A stretch of DNA of 64,000 nt from Balanoglossus misakiensis (GCA_040954595.2 CM082583.2:9100254-9164253), one strand, 5' to 3'; shown: positions 39,401-53,053, numbered from the stretch's first letter. Numbers and translations are program-made. The notes: generated by a model not told the origin, from the letters alone.

Positions 39401-42400
39401 TTCGCTATTCTTTTACTGTACACTCCATAGTCTGAGGTATACAGGTTAACATGATATCTGATCTTTGTGTCTCGCCAGGCGATAGAGACGAGGAGGATGA
39501 AACGGAAGAGCCAACCGGAGAGCGGAGGCGCATCAGAAAGGAGAGATCTGTGAGCGTGGAGCGAAACGTGGAGGTCCTGGTTGTGGCGGACAAGGCAATG
39601 GTGGAGTACTATGATGAGGAGAAACAGGACGTCGAGACGTTTGTTTTGACGATCATGAACATGGTGAGTGAAACCGTTAATACTCCTGTACCTAGGGGAG
39701 AACCATTTGATTTGGGGGGGGGGGTGTAGAATAACATAAACGGTGTCTTGTATCAAATATAATTAATGAAAAAGGGGCAGCGAGAGAGAGACTTTGTCCC
39801 TTTAAGACGATTATGCGTTGAGTGTCTGTGGTTGTCAGAATAACGAGAACGGACTTCGGTAATAGCCCTATCGTTGTCACAAACGGTGTAACACCAGTCG
39901 CTGAGTTATGCGCACAGAACTCCAGTGTAGTGTGATCAAGGGCGCCTCAGATGTAATGAAGAGCGCGGATGTAGCCACCCAAAGGTTCAAAGGACGCCCG
40001 GGCAACTTGCCTCTCAAGGGAAACCGATTCAAGTGGGGAAACGGGAAATCTCAATCCGTGAATCCCAGTCACCAAATTAAAGTGTTTTGTAACCCCCTTT
40101 GTTCAACAAGTAAATTATTGTTCAGAGGACAACTGAGAGCATTCCCAGAGCTCGGCGTTGATGATAACCCTTCGCTTTAATTTACTGGTGACATGATTGG
40201 AAATCTAGCCATGCAGAATGAAGCCTGGTTCTCTTTGAAGTGCCTTCTTACTTAAATAACCATGATTAAAGTGCGCGTTGATAAAAGCCGGCCGCTCATC
40301 ACTTGTCTCTGGACCACAGTCCCGACAAGAAACACGTGATTTTGACGTCACTCGCCGTAGCTGTGATCACGTCGGCCATTTTAGAAGCTTTTTCTTGTAA
40401 ACAGGTGACTTCTAAAACCACATACATGTACCCGCTAGTATTATTCATCCGCTACGTATTACAAGGAGTATCCCTCCAGAAGAAGGGGAACTTTCGTTCC
40501 CATTGAAGCCGTCCCCGACACGAAATTGAAGGCAAAGATTTCCATCGTCATAACGACGTCATAACGGACGACAGTTATCATTTAATTATCGCAGTAATCG
40601 TAATGACATCGTCGTGATGGGGAGGGTGTGTCGTCACTATTCAAACAGATAGAGTTGAGTGAAAAGATTAACTGACAGGTTGCCACCAGACCTTCCCTGG
40701 TTGTAATTTTTTTGGCGGGGGACACAATCCAATAACACATCTGTAAACGTGCCTCAAAGCAACGCGCTGCCATTGACGAGGCTAATTGCACACAGAAATC
40801 ATCTCAACAACACATAAATCACGGAAGTGACGTATGAGGACGCGTAATTTTTTTTTTTTTTTTTTTTTGGGGGGGGGGGGGTTACTTATCACTTTCGGCC
40901 CGCACACTGTATGGTCACCAGGGCCGGTTTTTTTTCACAAGGCCCTTTTCTTGAACAATTAAACACCCATAGAAGGATACAGAATTGAGATTTCGGATTT
41001 GGAGGTTGTTTCGCATACCGTTGCAGATGGGAAACGATTTTGCGTCCAGGAAGGTAACCTACTGGAAGGGCATGTTATTGAAACAATAATCTGGGCCAGT
41101 GATTTCTTGGTTCGTTGGAATCTCGTAAGAGGTCTTTGGAGAGGCGAAATAACTGACGTGGCAAGTGGGTGATTTGGCGTAATCGACTTAGCGGGGAAAC
41201 AGTGAGTTTCAAGTACAAAAAGTGCTTCAGTTTGGCTTCAATTTGCAACGAAAATAAAATCGGAAATAGACTTGTCTTCGGAAACAGATTGCTTAATTTG
41301 ACATTTTAAAGACCCCTTTATACCCGCCATAGAGGCAAATCGGATCTTGCCGAAACTAATTAGCGCGATTTACAGAAATCGTCCGCGCGGGTGTCTGAAA
41401 GGCTTAGCTGATTAGAACGCTATCGCTGGGATTAGCTGCGCGATTAGCTTGATAACAAATGCCGTGCAAGGGGTTTTTCCAAAGCCAACACAAATGGAAA
41501 CAGGCAAACAAAAAAAAGAGCCAATTGCCTTTAGCTATGATGACGGTTTCTGTTTTGCCTGAGGCTAGGCGTCGCGATTTCTTCTGTTCCACCAGTCCCT
41601 TCATTGACTGCGTTCCATTGTGGTCGAAATCGAAATGGACCGGCTCGTCACCCCTACGTGTACATCTTTATTTTAACGCTAGACAAATTTCGTTTAGAGA
41701 GAAAAAGGGACAAGTCTGTCTGTCTGTCTGTCTGTTGAAAAAGTACGGCTTACTCTCCACACGTTTTTCATCAACTTCGGAACGTAATGGAGAAGAACAA
41801 TGGCGCGCAAATTCAAAGTCCGCGTTGATTGACGGCTTCGCCTCTTCCGATAATTGAAGATTTTATCCCCCGGAAATACCTGTGCGGTTGGAGACACATT
41901 TAGTCGATCGTTCACAAGTCACCACACTAAATCTCCGCAATATCTTCTCTCGCAGTTTATGAGGTTTTCAAAATTACGAATGGCGTCATTGTCTTGGTTT
42001 ATTCACCAAGTCTCTGCTTAATGCCGCGATTCTGAAATACCCATCGCCCCGGTTGCTGTTGAAAAAAGGGGGCTTATTGTTCTGAGCGGTGACCCCCATT
42101 GATGAGCAACCCGCCCCCCTTGACATGGAAATAGTTTATTATCTCTAGCGGTCGCTGCAATGAGGAGTGAAAATGAAAAGGTTTGTGAGAAGGCAGGCGC
42201 GATTTCTTTGACCGTTAATGCGTCCGCATCTATTTCGGCTTAATGGTTCGGTCGTGAGAAATGGGTTGTCCTTTTGAAAAGAAAACGTGATGTTAGAAAG
42301 TTGGCACGTCACTTTGGCTGTAGACTGACCCTCGACATGTTCACTGACGTACTGGCGAAAAAAATCATCTCCAGCAACTGAGCTGGTTTGCTTTCAACCC

Positions 42401-45400
42401 CTGTTGTCGTGCGATTCCATTCACTACCGACGATCGATTTTGTTTACCACTCTCCGGCCGGCCAAGTGTTTTTTTTTTGCTACCAAGTTTATATAATATA
42501 GACAGTGTGTTAATTGCAATGTATGTAGAAAGTAGAGTCAGTCTTGAAATTAACATTTTAAAATGGCGTCTCAATTGTTCACCTACACCCCTGATTGGTC
42601 ACAAATTGTCGCGCAGCAGGTGGCTATCGCAATCTTGACGGTGACCCCTTGTGACACGTATTCCCTAATTATTGCATATGAATCGACGGGACGGCAAATT
42701 TACACTTGGTTTTACCCTATAAGGGCATTTGCGCCGCGCTAATTTCAACGGCCTTTAATCGTGTTATTATAGGAGGTGAATGTGATAAACGCTGGCGGGT
42801 GACCTAGACTGACACGGCAGGTCGCCACCCCAATCAGCGAAGATGCCGCCACGGCGATTATTTCTTCATTATGATACGTGTGTAACGGCGGGTGATTTTT
42901 ATAGTGCGCCCGGGCAGAACACTTAGACTTCATCGGTAAAATGAAGTGAAATGAAAAGAGGGGGTAATTTCCGGAAGGAGCGAAATGGAAATCAACGACC
43001 TTTTTTAGTACATGTCATTGTCGCAGCTTTCGTGGTGCATAATACGCTCATCCATCTTCGCGCATGCAATGAAATTTCATTAGTTCGGTTTTATCGATTG
43101 TCCATCACGCCTCGATCTTTCCTGAAATCCCAAGAACGTTGATTTACAACTCTTGCACCCCGCCTCCACTGGGAATCCCTGAAAACAAACGCCCTTGAAG
43201 AGTGAAATTATAATATTAGAACAAACGACACCATTGGTGGTCCTATCAGTCTCATGGTCCTCGGGCCATGTCAGACTGGAGATGTCACGGGTCAAGACCC
43301 ACAAGCCGCAGAAGGAAATGCATCTCTGCCCCCGAGTTCTTCTCTCTTATAACTGTTTCAATGGCCTGTGAGAAAACAACGGGCTATTCGGGATTTTGAA
43401 AAAAAAGAAGGTCTTGAGGCAAAAATCAGAATGTCCACGGTAGCAGACGAGGCTGTTCCCAATTCCAGCTTTTTGAAAATATGTCGCAGATTATGGCACG
43501 AAAGTTATACTGAAAGACTGAATGTAATAACTCTGGCGACACGCTTTCTCTCTCGAGAACATCCTCCATTTTAAGAGGTTCACTCCCAAGGCAGTTTCAA
43601 TTTAGTGACCTGTAATATTGGCCTATAAATCTCCACAGAGTTGGAATTCTCGCTTTCGACCCCCGTGGAAAACTCTGCTGGGGACCTCGGGGGTCCCGTG
43701 GAGATCATTTGCTCTCCCATATAGTAGTTACGATCTATTTATTTCTCTTCTCGCGTTCTCTGTTTGTGTATAGGGTGTTTCGACCTTGACTGTGTTGCTG
43801 GTAGAGTAACTTACATGACGTATACCCCCACTCAAGTTTACACTGAGACGTCTGTTTGGCAGGCATGGCCGGCTAAACACAGCGCAATTGCGTCGTATCA
43901 TGTTTTGCGGTTAATTTGCGGTTGGTTGAGTTCCTACTAAATTCGTAGCACCCCGGGTTTGGGCTACGGACAAGTAGTACACATCAGACCGAAACCTCAT
44001 TACCAGTAAAAGGTCTGATTTTCCGGTTATAACAGGAAAACGTGGCTGCCTTATAATGCATCAAACATCAGCATACAACATATGCGGTTTCAAAACAGCG
44101 CGAAATTTAGAATGAGAAAGTCGGTTACTCCCAAGCAAACAACTTCTGCTATGCGAATACATTGACTAAACCAGTGAGTATTCCTCGTTTTCAGCACATA
44201 CCGTCGATAACACGCGTTCTGTGCCACAAGCTATTTGTTTCACTGTCCATAGAAAAAACGGCAGGGGACATATTTCGGCCATGTGCTGGCGCTCTGATAG
44301 AAGTACATGTGTACAAAAAAAATAACTGCTGTTGTCTTTTCTCTCGACAGGTTTCGGGTTTGTACCACGACGAAAGTCTCGGTAACGCCGTCAACATTGT
44401 CATGGTGCGGATGATTCTGATGGAAGATCACGAGGTTTGTGCACCTTCACTCGTTTTTTTCTGTTCAATCTTTTAATTACATGTACATGATATCGCAAAG
44501 GACATCGTATGTCCCTAAATCTTACCGTCCAATCTCGTTACAAGGACGCGACGGTACACGATTCAATCTTGTATCTTTCGGCTTACAATATCTTACTCAA
44601 ACACTGTCCACCAAGAACATCAATTTGCAGTAAACAAACACAAAATTCAACATTTAAATTTACTAGTATACAGCCACCTATAACCGCTGATACCGCTGGA
44701 GATCTTGCCAACCTTGGATTTTTCACTTGGGTGGCCACGCGAGAAAGTGCGTCACCACGAGAAAAAGTGCGTCACCAAACCATCATTACAACACTTTTTA
44801 CATCGCCTTTAGACCAAATATAGCCTTATCTGGTAATTAACAACATTTGATGAATGAATCACACGAGTTAAAGTAATCCGCACTTCGAGGACAGATTTTG
44901 ATGGAGTTGCCTTAAGCAGAATATTAAAAAAGTTTTAATGCAATATTTCTATTACACTACAGAGTGGTTTAGACATTAGCCACCATGCTGACCCGACCCT
45001 CAAAAGCTTCTGCAAGTGGCAACAGATGATCAACCCAAAGGACGACAGCCACCCAAACCACCACGATATCGCAGTGTTACTGACCAGGTAAATACCGATG
45101 CCAGTTATTGCTTGTAGCCATTAACACCACCACTACACCCGTTCCACCACCACCACCAGAATGTAAGATTTTGACCAAATATTCACCGAGCATTTCTTTC
45201 TCATTTTCTCTCTCAGAGTGAATATCTGCTCGAACATGAACAGCCCCTGCGGCACCCTGGGTTTTGCCGAAGTTTCCGGCATGTGCCAGCCGCATAGAAG
45301 TTGCAATATCAACGAAGACACCGGACTGGCGTTGGCGTTCACCGTGGCACACGAAATGGGGCACAGGTAAATGAAACCAGTTTCCGTCGCCAATTGGCCT

Positions 45401-48400
45401 CGTAATCATTTAGGCGTTACCGCACACATCTAGAGAACTAAAAGCTGGTTTTCAGGACATGTGTAGTATCAGGGTCTCCTAAGTACGTGTAATACACCCT
45501 GAAAAATAACATCTACTACAGGCTCCGTTCCAGGGCGTACTAACATCGGCGTTAACATTTTCTTTTCTTTTTTGAAACCGCCATTTTTAGTTTCGGGATG
45601 AAACACGACGGCAACGGCAATGACTGCAAATCGAATGGAAAGCGCCCCCATGTGATGTCCCCGTTGCTGACGACTGAAACGAGTCCCTTGATTTGGTCCG
45701 AGTGCAGCCGAAAATACATCACAAAGTTCCTTGAGTGAGTAACATTCATTTACCAAGAGAATACAACTCCGCAATATGTATACGGTTATATGGGCAATTA
45801 GCACTGCTGACGACATACGTCACAAAGTTCAGCGACCTTTTTAAGTTTCAAGAGGGCGATGCCCCCTCTTCTTTGCATTACTTATCTCGTGGTGTACGTA
45901 AAACCAACCAGACGCAGTTTTCTTCTACTGACAATGACTTTCATCTATAATGTAAAATAATGCACGTTTCCTCTTCCAGTCGCGGTTGGGGAGACTGTCT
46001 GAACGACGAGCCTGCAAAACACGATTTCAACTACCCTACCTTACCCCCCGGCGTCATGTACGACGTGGCCCACCAGTGTCGACTGCAGTACGGCAAGGAC
46101 GCTTCGTATTGTGATTGGATGCCGGTGAGTATGATTTTCTCTCACGTGATCGCCATTGAAACTGGCCATGTCTTCAGCAAATTATGGATGTGATTTTCTT
46201 TCAGTATTTTTGTTCTGTATCTTAACTGTAGTCTCCAGTATTTATCTGAAACTTAGTTAAAACTTAATTGTCTTAATTGTCTTTTTTCCCTGTTAGAGTA
46301 TGTGCGACACGCTTTGGTGTTTGGTAGGGAACGAGTGTCACTCCAGGCTAGAGTCTGCTGCTATTGGCACTGCTTGTGGGAAACCAGAAGACCATAAGGT
46401 ATATACAAACAAACAAAACAATACATACATGTACAATGTTTTTACTCAGTAGTTGTTGTGACTGTATTAGTAACAATTTCGAGTTTGTACTGAGAATGTT
46501 TTGAGCGAACAAAATAAACAACTGAATGCCGTCATCTTCATACAGTGGTGTTACGCCGGTGAATGCATCGAGATGGAGGATGTGCTGCCTGCCATCAGCG
46601 GCGACTGGGGGAAATGGAGCGAGTGGTCAGAGTGCTCAAGAACCTGCGGCGGAGGGGTTTCATTCATGGAACGTCACTGTGACAACCCTGCGTAAGTTAC
46701 CGTCACTTCATACTGATATCCTGCATCAGAATTGACAGTAGCCGCTGTCTGTTGTAATGACGATAATAAGATAATAGGTTCTTGCCAGGAGTACAATTGT
46801 TGTTTGCGACAATTGCCTAAGATATCTAAAGATTTCCAAGTTTCTTTCGACTTTATCTTACAGTCCCAAATATGGAGGAAAATACTGCGTAGGGGAGAGG
46901 CGACGCTACCAAATCTGCAACACTGAGGTGAGAGTTCACAAACGATCGAACTATCACGTCATATTATGCAACAGTTCACCTGTCAGGCACAAGACGAAAT
47001 ATATAGCTCTTTAAAATGACCCTCTTATTTATAAATGAAGAGACGACAATTTATTAACCTTTACTAAAATTAGACTTTTTTTTCTTGATTTTCAGCCCTG
47101 CGATGAGGGCGCTCCACCGTTCCGCGCCCAACAGTGTAGTTCCCATAACTCAAAACAATTCCAGGGGTATTACTACAGCTGGGTGCCTGTGGTCCGTGAT
47201 GGTAAATAAAGATATTCTATCTGTATCTTGCACGCAGCGACAAATCATCTGATTTTTTTATCAGTCGTCATCTGAAACTTGATTCTCGATATTTACACTG
47301 ACCCTAAATTCATGCACTACCCACTGGCAGGCGTCTGCGCTTTGTACAGAATTTGTGATAAGTTCTTTTATTCTCCGTTCACAATTTTTTAAGATGAAAA
47401 TATTTGCCTAAATAAACGCCGTATTCGTTACTATTCAACAGAAGTACCGTGTGAGCTGCACTGTAAACCGGAGAACGGATTTTTTAGTACCAAGCTGTCG
47501 GATACCGTGATAGACGGCACCCCGTGCTCGTATGGGAGCAGATCGAGGTCCATGTGCATCGCCGGAGTTTGTCGGGTATGTTCTCCACCTAAAGTTCTTC
47601 GTTTTATATTTGCACGTGTGATTATCAATCTTCAACTTCTGTGTTTCCCGGCGAAAATGAAGTAAAAATTTGTTGGTGCTTTTGACAATCTAGGATGTTG
47701 GCTGCGACTGGAAGATTGCTTCCAACGCCAAGGAAGATCACTGTGGGGTCTGCCACGGTGACGGATCCAGCTGTAAGAAGATCCAAGACGAGTTCAAGAA
47801 ACCGTCTGGACGTGGTAAGTCACGTGACAAAATTAGGCCAATTAAATCCCCTGCTCACAGCTGTCAATTAACCCCCAGACATATTACTCGTTCTTTTACC
47901 GGCATAAGCACACCTGTTTTCCCTCGGCCAACTTTACTGAAAACGCCACCACTAATTTCTGTCACGCGGTGTCATCGACAGGCTACGAGGAAGCCACCGT
48001 CATTCCCGCCGGCGCCAGGAACATCCGGGTGGAGGAGGTGGCCGAGGCCAATAACTTCCTGGCGGTGAGAGGGGACACCGGCAAGTATTATCTCAACGGC
48101 CATTGGTACATCCAGTGGAGCGGCGAATACGAGGCTGCCGGCACCACGATCCACTACGAGAGAAACGGCAACAAGGAGAAGTTCAGTGCACCGGGGCCAA
48201 CCAAGGAGGCACTGCATATCATGGTGAGTTCTTAAAGGCCCATACGTGGGGATTTCTATACATTTAAAAAATATTCCCATTGTCTGTGCACGGATTTTTG
48301 TATTTGGAAACAGAGGGTCAGCTGTTCATAACGGATTTTTGGCCAAAGTTGACGGTTATTCATCGACACTTTTGTCCACAACATTTGCTAGCAGTTTTCA

Positions 48401-51261
48401 TATTTGATTACATTCCGATTACAGTCGGCCTTGCTTGAATGATCCTAATGCTTGCCTCTGTTGCTCGTTTAACACAGCTGCTATTCCAAAGCGAGAACCC
48501 GGGCGTTGCCTTTGAATACACCATTCCCAAGAACAAGAATGAGACGACGCCCAGGCGACTGGAATTTTACTGGGACTATGGCGACTGGAGTCACTGCACG
48601 AAGACCTGTGGCGGAGGTGAGTTAATCGTTCCACTCCTCTCGATTTTTTTGCCCTTGTTCTGGAACCAGATAATCTTTCTGTTCTGCTCTGAGATTTATC
48701 ACTTCTCCCGTATGTTTTCCCCCCGGCACTAGGTACTCAAGTGGCCAACCCCCAGTGCTCGGAAAGGATTGCCGGTTTCGTCGATGACAACTACTGCAAC
48801 ATGACATCCAAACCAAACCCGAAACAGAAAGCGTGCAACGTCCAGGACTGCCCGCCAACGTGAGTCTAAATCAAACGATTCTCTATGCACATGTATCACG
48901 CATGAATGCAGGAGATGATTTTCCGGCCATGCGAGATCTCTTGACCCTTTTTTTTGTTCACGTTGTCTCTTGTTTTGTAGATGGTGGACTGGCGCCTGGC
49001 AGCACTGTTCGCCAACGTGCGGCAATAACGGGACAAGGGTTCGTTCCGTGATCTGCGTTCGCACGGTGAACAACGACGAGCAAGTGGCGTTATCCGACGA
49101 GATGTGCAACGTGCTGGGACTGGAGAAGCCCCGTCACCGGGAACCCTGCCAGAATCGCATCCCGTGCGCCGAGGACATCATATGGTTGGCCGATGAGTGG
49201 TCTGAAGTAAGTTTGAAGCGACATAGTGTTGACTGCGCTTTAGTTGTCAGTCAGAGACAATGATATCTGTCGTTTGCGTGCGTTACTACACGACGCGAAT
49301 ACCTTGGTAAGCTGAAAGTTTTCTATCTTGTGGTGTGGAACTTATTTTGTTATTTTTTTGCAAATTTTAGTGTTCGGCGGAATGCGGAGATGGAATTCAG
49401 ACAAGGACAGTTAGATGCAAAGTCGAGGAACACTACTGCGATCCTCTAAATAAGCCAGCCGCGGAACAGCGTTGCTACGTGGACTGTCTCGCCGCTGCCA
49501 ATGCCGTGGATTCGCCCGAACTTGACGCCGAAATCCTCCTAGGGCCAAAACCTGGCATTGAAACTTTCCGTAACGAACACATCGACGAAGTGGTCCCCAC
49601 TGTCAGAGATTACGACGACTACGGCGAAGAGGAAGACCCTCTGTTGGAGGGAATCACGTTCGGCGAGTACGAGAAGTACATGAGCGACGGCAAAACCCTG
49701 GACGAGCTGATCGCCAGGCGGGCAGAAAGCCAGAAAGAGGGCGCTGCGGAGAAGGAGGACGCCATATTGGAATACGACGACGGCGTGGTTGGGGATGACG
49801 TAGACTTGTTCGAGGAGGAGGAGGGGGAAGACGGCAACGTCGCGAATGAAGTTTTGCAAGAAACTACCCAGAAAGCCCCAGGTTCCAAACCAGTGAACGA
49901 CGTGAGAAGTCCAAGTACCGAGACACGTAATCTGAAACCGACGAGGATTACGGGAAGCAGACGAATTACCGACCCTGAAACGTCCGAACTGCCAACTGAC
50001 AGGCACACTACAACGACTACCTTAGCAACAACTTCACAAACAACAACGTCCGCTACAACAACATTACCGGTCGGCGAATGGCTGACTGGAGAGTGGACAC
50101 AGGTGTGTGTTTCCTGTCTTTAGATAAGATATTCAATCATTGCGCATGCAGATTTGTCTGAGCTGGTTTAACTATATATGACTACCCTAACAGGGAAGCA
50201 CATTTGGTTCGCATCACATCTGGGTTAAATACAAGCATCAGCAAAAATCGTAATTAACGCTTTAAGATTTCAGAATGCAGAGCATCTAACAGCAAAAATT
50301 ACTTTTCCCCTCGACATTCACAGTGTTCACAGACATGCGGCAGAGGGAAGCAAATTCGTGACGTCACCTGCTCCGTACCGCACCATTGCGACCACAGCAC
50401 GAAACCAGAGAGACACCGACACTGTGAACAGGCAGAGTGCGTAGCCTGGATTGTTGGGTCCTGGAGTGAGGTAAGATCCTCGTTCCTAGCTTTCTTTTTC
50501 TGTGGCTGGCTTTCCTCTCCAACCCATAAGGAAATTTGTGAAAAATGTGCGCCCTTGTCTTGTCAGTTATTTCTAACACAGTCTTTCTCAAAATTGGCCG
50601 CAAAACATGTAAAAATACCACTGGAGATTTCCACGCATGGCGACCGAAAGATTGAGGGACCACCGAAATTCACGTGCTTTTGTAAAGAAAGCAAAATAAA
50701 TGTATCGTTCTCACTGGTTATTTTCAGTGTTCTGTCACCTGCGGAACCGGTTACCAAAGTCGGAGCGTGAAATGCGTGAACGTCGATTCGCAGGAGCCAA
50801 CAACCGGATGCAGCCGGTACAAACAGCCCACACGACGACAGACCTGTACCCTTTCTGACTGTCCGGCCAAAAATTCAGGTAAGGTCGATGTTGCATTTGA
50901 TTAAGTTGTCTGGGCTATTTTGGAAGAGCTAGAACGGGAAACCTTAAAGATCGCTGTTGGCGCGACCAACACGAAGAGCTCCAACTCATCGATTTACAAC
51001 GTCAGCTACTAATAAGTATTTCAAGTAACACCAAGAAATTGAGCAATAAATATATTTGTGCCCTTTCTGAGTTAGCTTTTTAATTTGAAGAAAACTGCAC
51101 GAAATGATGCTTATTCACTGTTTTCACATTTTGTTTCTCCAAAACCAGCATTTTCTCAGTGCAGTGGTGATCGGATAAACTCGATGCTATGTGACGTCAT
51201 CAAAAGGCGAGGAAGATGCAGTTCCTACAGAATGCAGTGTTGCACCACCTGCGGAAGATGA
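27318..51261 (+). CDS. ADAMTS7: ADAMTS7/ADAMTS12-like secreted metalloprotease, complete, 23 coding exons, about 1342 aa
   Basis: Exons: 27318-27420, 27813-28165, 33169-33358, 39479-39663, 44351-44434, 44963-45087, 45217-45366, 45591-45734, 45980-46124, 46297-46398, 46546-46691, 46864-46927, 47096-47201, 47442-47575, 47694-47814, 47982-48223, 48478-48616, 48733-48859, 48981-49206, 49371-50102, 50324-50470, 50728-50878, 51149-51261. All are GT-AG with compatible phases and sum to 4029 nt. Domains: signal peptide, propeptide, furin site RKER|SVS, reprolysin domain with HEMGHSFGMKHD and Met-turn, disintegrin-like, TSR1, Cys-rich, spacer, 3 TSR, mucin-like, 2 TSR, PLAC. The mucin insert and the HDG.GNDC...GKRP..MSP, FLDRGWG motifs indicate the ADAMTS7/12 clade; it is probably co-orthologous to both. 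Confidence 0.93.
33018..33118. repeat. Degenerate (GATA/GATG)n microsatellite upstream of ADAMTS exon 3
   Basis: Visible tagatagatagatagat and gatggatgg runs. Confidence 0.8.
33169..33358 (+). CDS. ADAMTS7: ADAMTS propeptide exon 3 (absent from the ORF track)
   Basis: ctgtag|[33 protein letters not shown]...SQSCGVK|gtgagt, with the YFIEP, PH..YK and CGV propeptide motifs. Confidence 0.92.
35900..36326. mobile_element. Non-autonomous DNA transposon (MITE), 427 bp, 130-bp TIRs, 9-bp TSD; AcademH- or Mutator-like
   Basis: Left TIR 35900-36029 (TAGTCTCGGTTACCCAGAGCC...) is the reverse complement of 36197-36326, with two mismatches by my count. Direct repeat TTACTCCCC at 35891-35899 and 36327-36335. 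No transposase. Confidence 0.95.
45217..45734 (+). CDS. ADAMTS7: ADAMTS catalytic zinc-binding site, split across two exons (45217-45366 and 45591-45734)
   Basis: [22 protein letters not shown]|[24 protein letters not shown] gives an intact HEXXHXXGXXHD motif and Met-turn. Confidence 0.96.
49371..50102 (+). CDS. ADAMTS7: ADAMTS large exon: end of TSR4, acidic and Thr-rich mucin-like region, start of TSR5
   Basis: [16 protein letters not shown] ... [10 protein letters not shown] ... EEEEGEDG ... [19 protein letters not shown] ... WLTGEWTQ. Confidence 0.9.
51149..51261 (+). CDS. ADAMTS7: ADAMTS terminal exon, PLAC domain
   Basis: [33 protein letters not shown], a six-cysteine PLAC pattern ending CC..C. 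Confidence 0.88.
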
Positions 51262-53053
51262 GTACGCCTTTAAGATGTACATTTTCATGTGTCGATCAGA
51301 GAGAGACAGAGACTCGAGATTCTTTGCGAAAAGGGCACATTGATATATTGTTATCGTATCGATTCGAAGATTTCCGCGAACTGTGAGGAAGTGATTGGAG
51401 CGTCGGTTGCGGTCGTCCACGCGTAGATTCGCGCAACGCCAAACACCCGGATGAAGATGCCGCCATTTTGCGAACGGGATGACGTCACCCCGTCTCCGAT
51501 TTGCATTTTGAAATGGTCTCGGGAATAGTGACGTTTGTGACTGTTGTTGCTAAGCAACTGTTCTGTCTCAAAGACAAGTGATGCATCAAAAAGGCTCTTT
51601 GGCATAGAGGATTAACCAAAGATCTAACAGATGTGGAACTCTAGATTTTTGTTGACGGGTAAACATACTATTATTGCGTAGTTAAATCCGTGAGTTTATA
51701 GAAAAACTAAATTTTCGTGGAAGAAGAATTTCATTGTATGGTGCTATTATGTCTGATTGGCCACAACCGGAGTACGGTGGCCCATACAGGACACAAGTAA
51801 TTTACCTCTCCCAGAGTACGGTTGCCCAAACAGGACATACGAAATTTACCTCACGTAGAGTACGACTGGTCGATTGTCATTCGAATTATTTATTAACACG
51901 CACGTCGTTATTTATTGTAAAGATTTTGGGGGTGTCTGTCTAGACATTTCATTTCGCTTTTAAATTGATATTTTACATGTCTTAGAAATTATGGGGAATT
52001 CGTAGATTTGTAAATAATTTGGAATTATGAAATAACTTGATATTCTGTTACTTACTTTTATGAGTGTAGACTGTATTATAAGTGTCAGTATTGTGTGATA
52101 GATAATACATGTAATCATTTAAGATTTGGAAAACTTAACATATTTTGCAGCCATATGAACCATGCTTTGTCTGGAAGTTAGTACGCTAGCTATCTCGTAT
52201 TGGATTTAATGTTAGGAAAGTTCATGGATAGCTAAATATTATAGTAGATTGTGCGTTTTAGGTGCAATACAGTCTTAGCAGGTCGAATGTTGTGATAAAC
52301 ATTGGTTAAAAAGGGTCTGTGATATTTCATATTTGCTTGACGGATTACACTGTCATATAGCGTGACTGAGATTCACAGTGCAGTCTGTGACGAGATTCGT
52401 GATTCCATCAACGTTCTGCAGTGTGCTTGTAATTCAGAACGGGTTTTATCACTTGTACAACGAGTACTTCACTGTCACACGGTCAACAGGGTAGCCAATG
52501 AGAGGGTGCCGAGCGATACAATTTGCATAACGTCTACATTTGCCAATCAAGAGATCTCGTTGGACGATATAGTCTCGTCGAGTCACGCAATCCAGTGTTC
52601 GACTCCACAAACGAAAACTTCAAACAGTATCGCCGTATGGTATGTTTTTGTAAAACAAATTTGACGACTGTGTCGTCGGCATCATAGTTTAATTTCTGGG
52701 ATGATGGACCAGTTTTCGATGTAGACACCGAGAGGAATTTGAATTCAGACCTTTATGATATGTAATAAGCTTATGCTTGTCGGTCGCTGTAGTGCCTGTT
52801 TTAGCTAACCCGTAATGGCGTACTTCAGGGTCCAATTCAGTAAAATTCAGTCAATTATAAGAGAGGATCACGTGCTCTCTACCCTACATTTTACTGAGAG
52901 AGAAAAAAAAACCTTATTTCAGTTTCTCAGGTGATTCAAGTACAAGAGTTTTATATTTTTTGATTAGATATATTTACAAAAGTTGTCGACACTTGTTCAT
53001 TTTTAGCGTTTTATTCCCGTTGGTGAATTGTATGAATACAATTTAATTAAGAT

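Noticed and set aside
43620-43710. GC-rich hairpin-like stretch as a possible tRNA or other ncRNA
   Set aside because: No cloverleaf, A/B boxes or recognisable RNA family motif.
44738-44777. Short tandem duplication gagaaagtgcgtcacca x2
   Set aside because: Two-copy slippage duplication in an intron with no evident significance.
49539-50008. Minus-strand ORFs of 155 and 129 aa
   Set aside because: Antisense shadows of the ADAMTS mucin exon.
27318-51261. Alternative identity as ADAMTS6/10, ADAMTS9/20 or ADAMTSL/papilin
   Set aside because: The catalytic site is intact, there is no GON domain, and the mucin insert and catalytic-domain motifs fit ADAMTS7/12 better. A tree is still needed for certainty.
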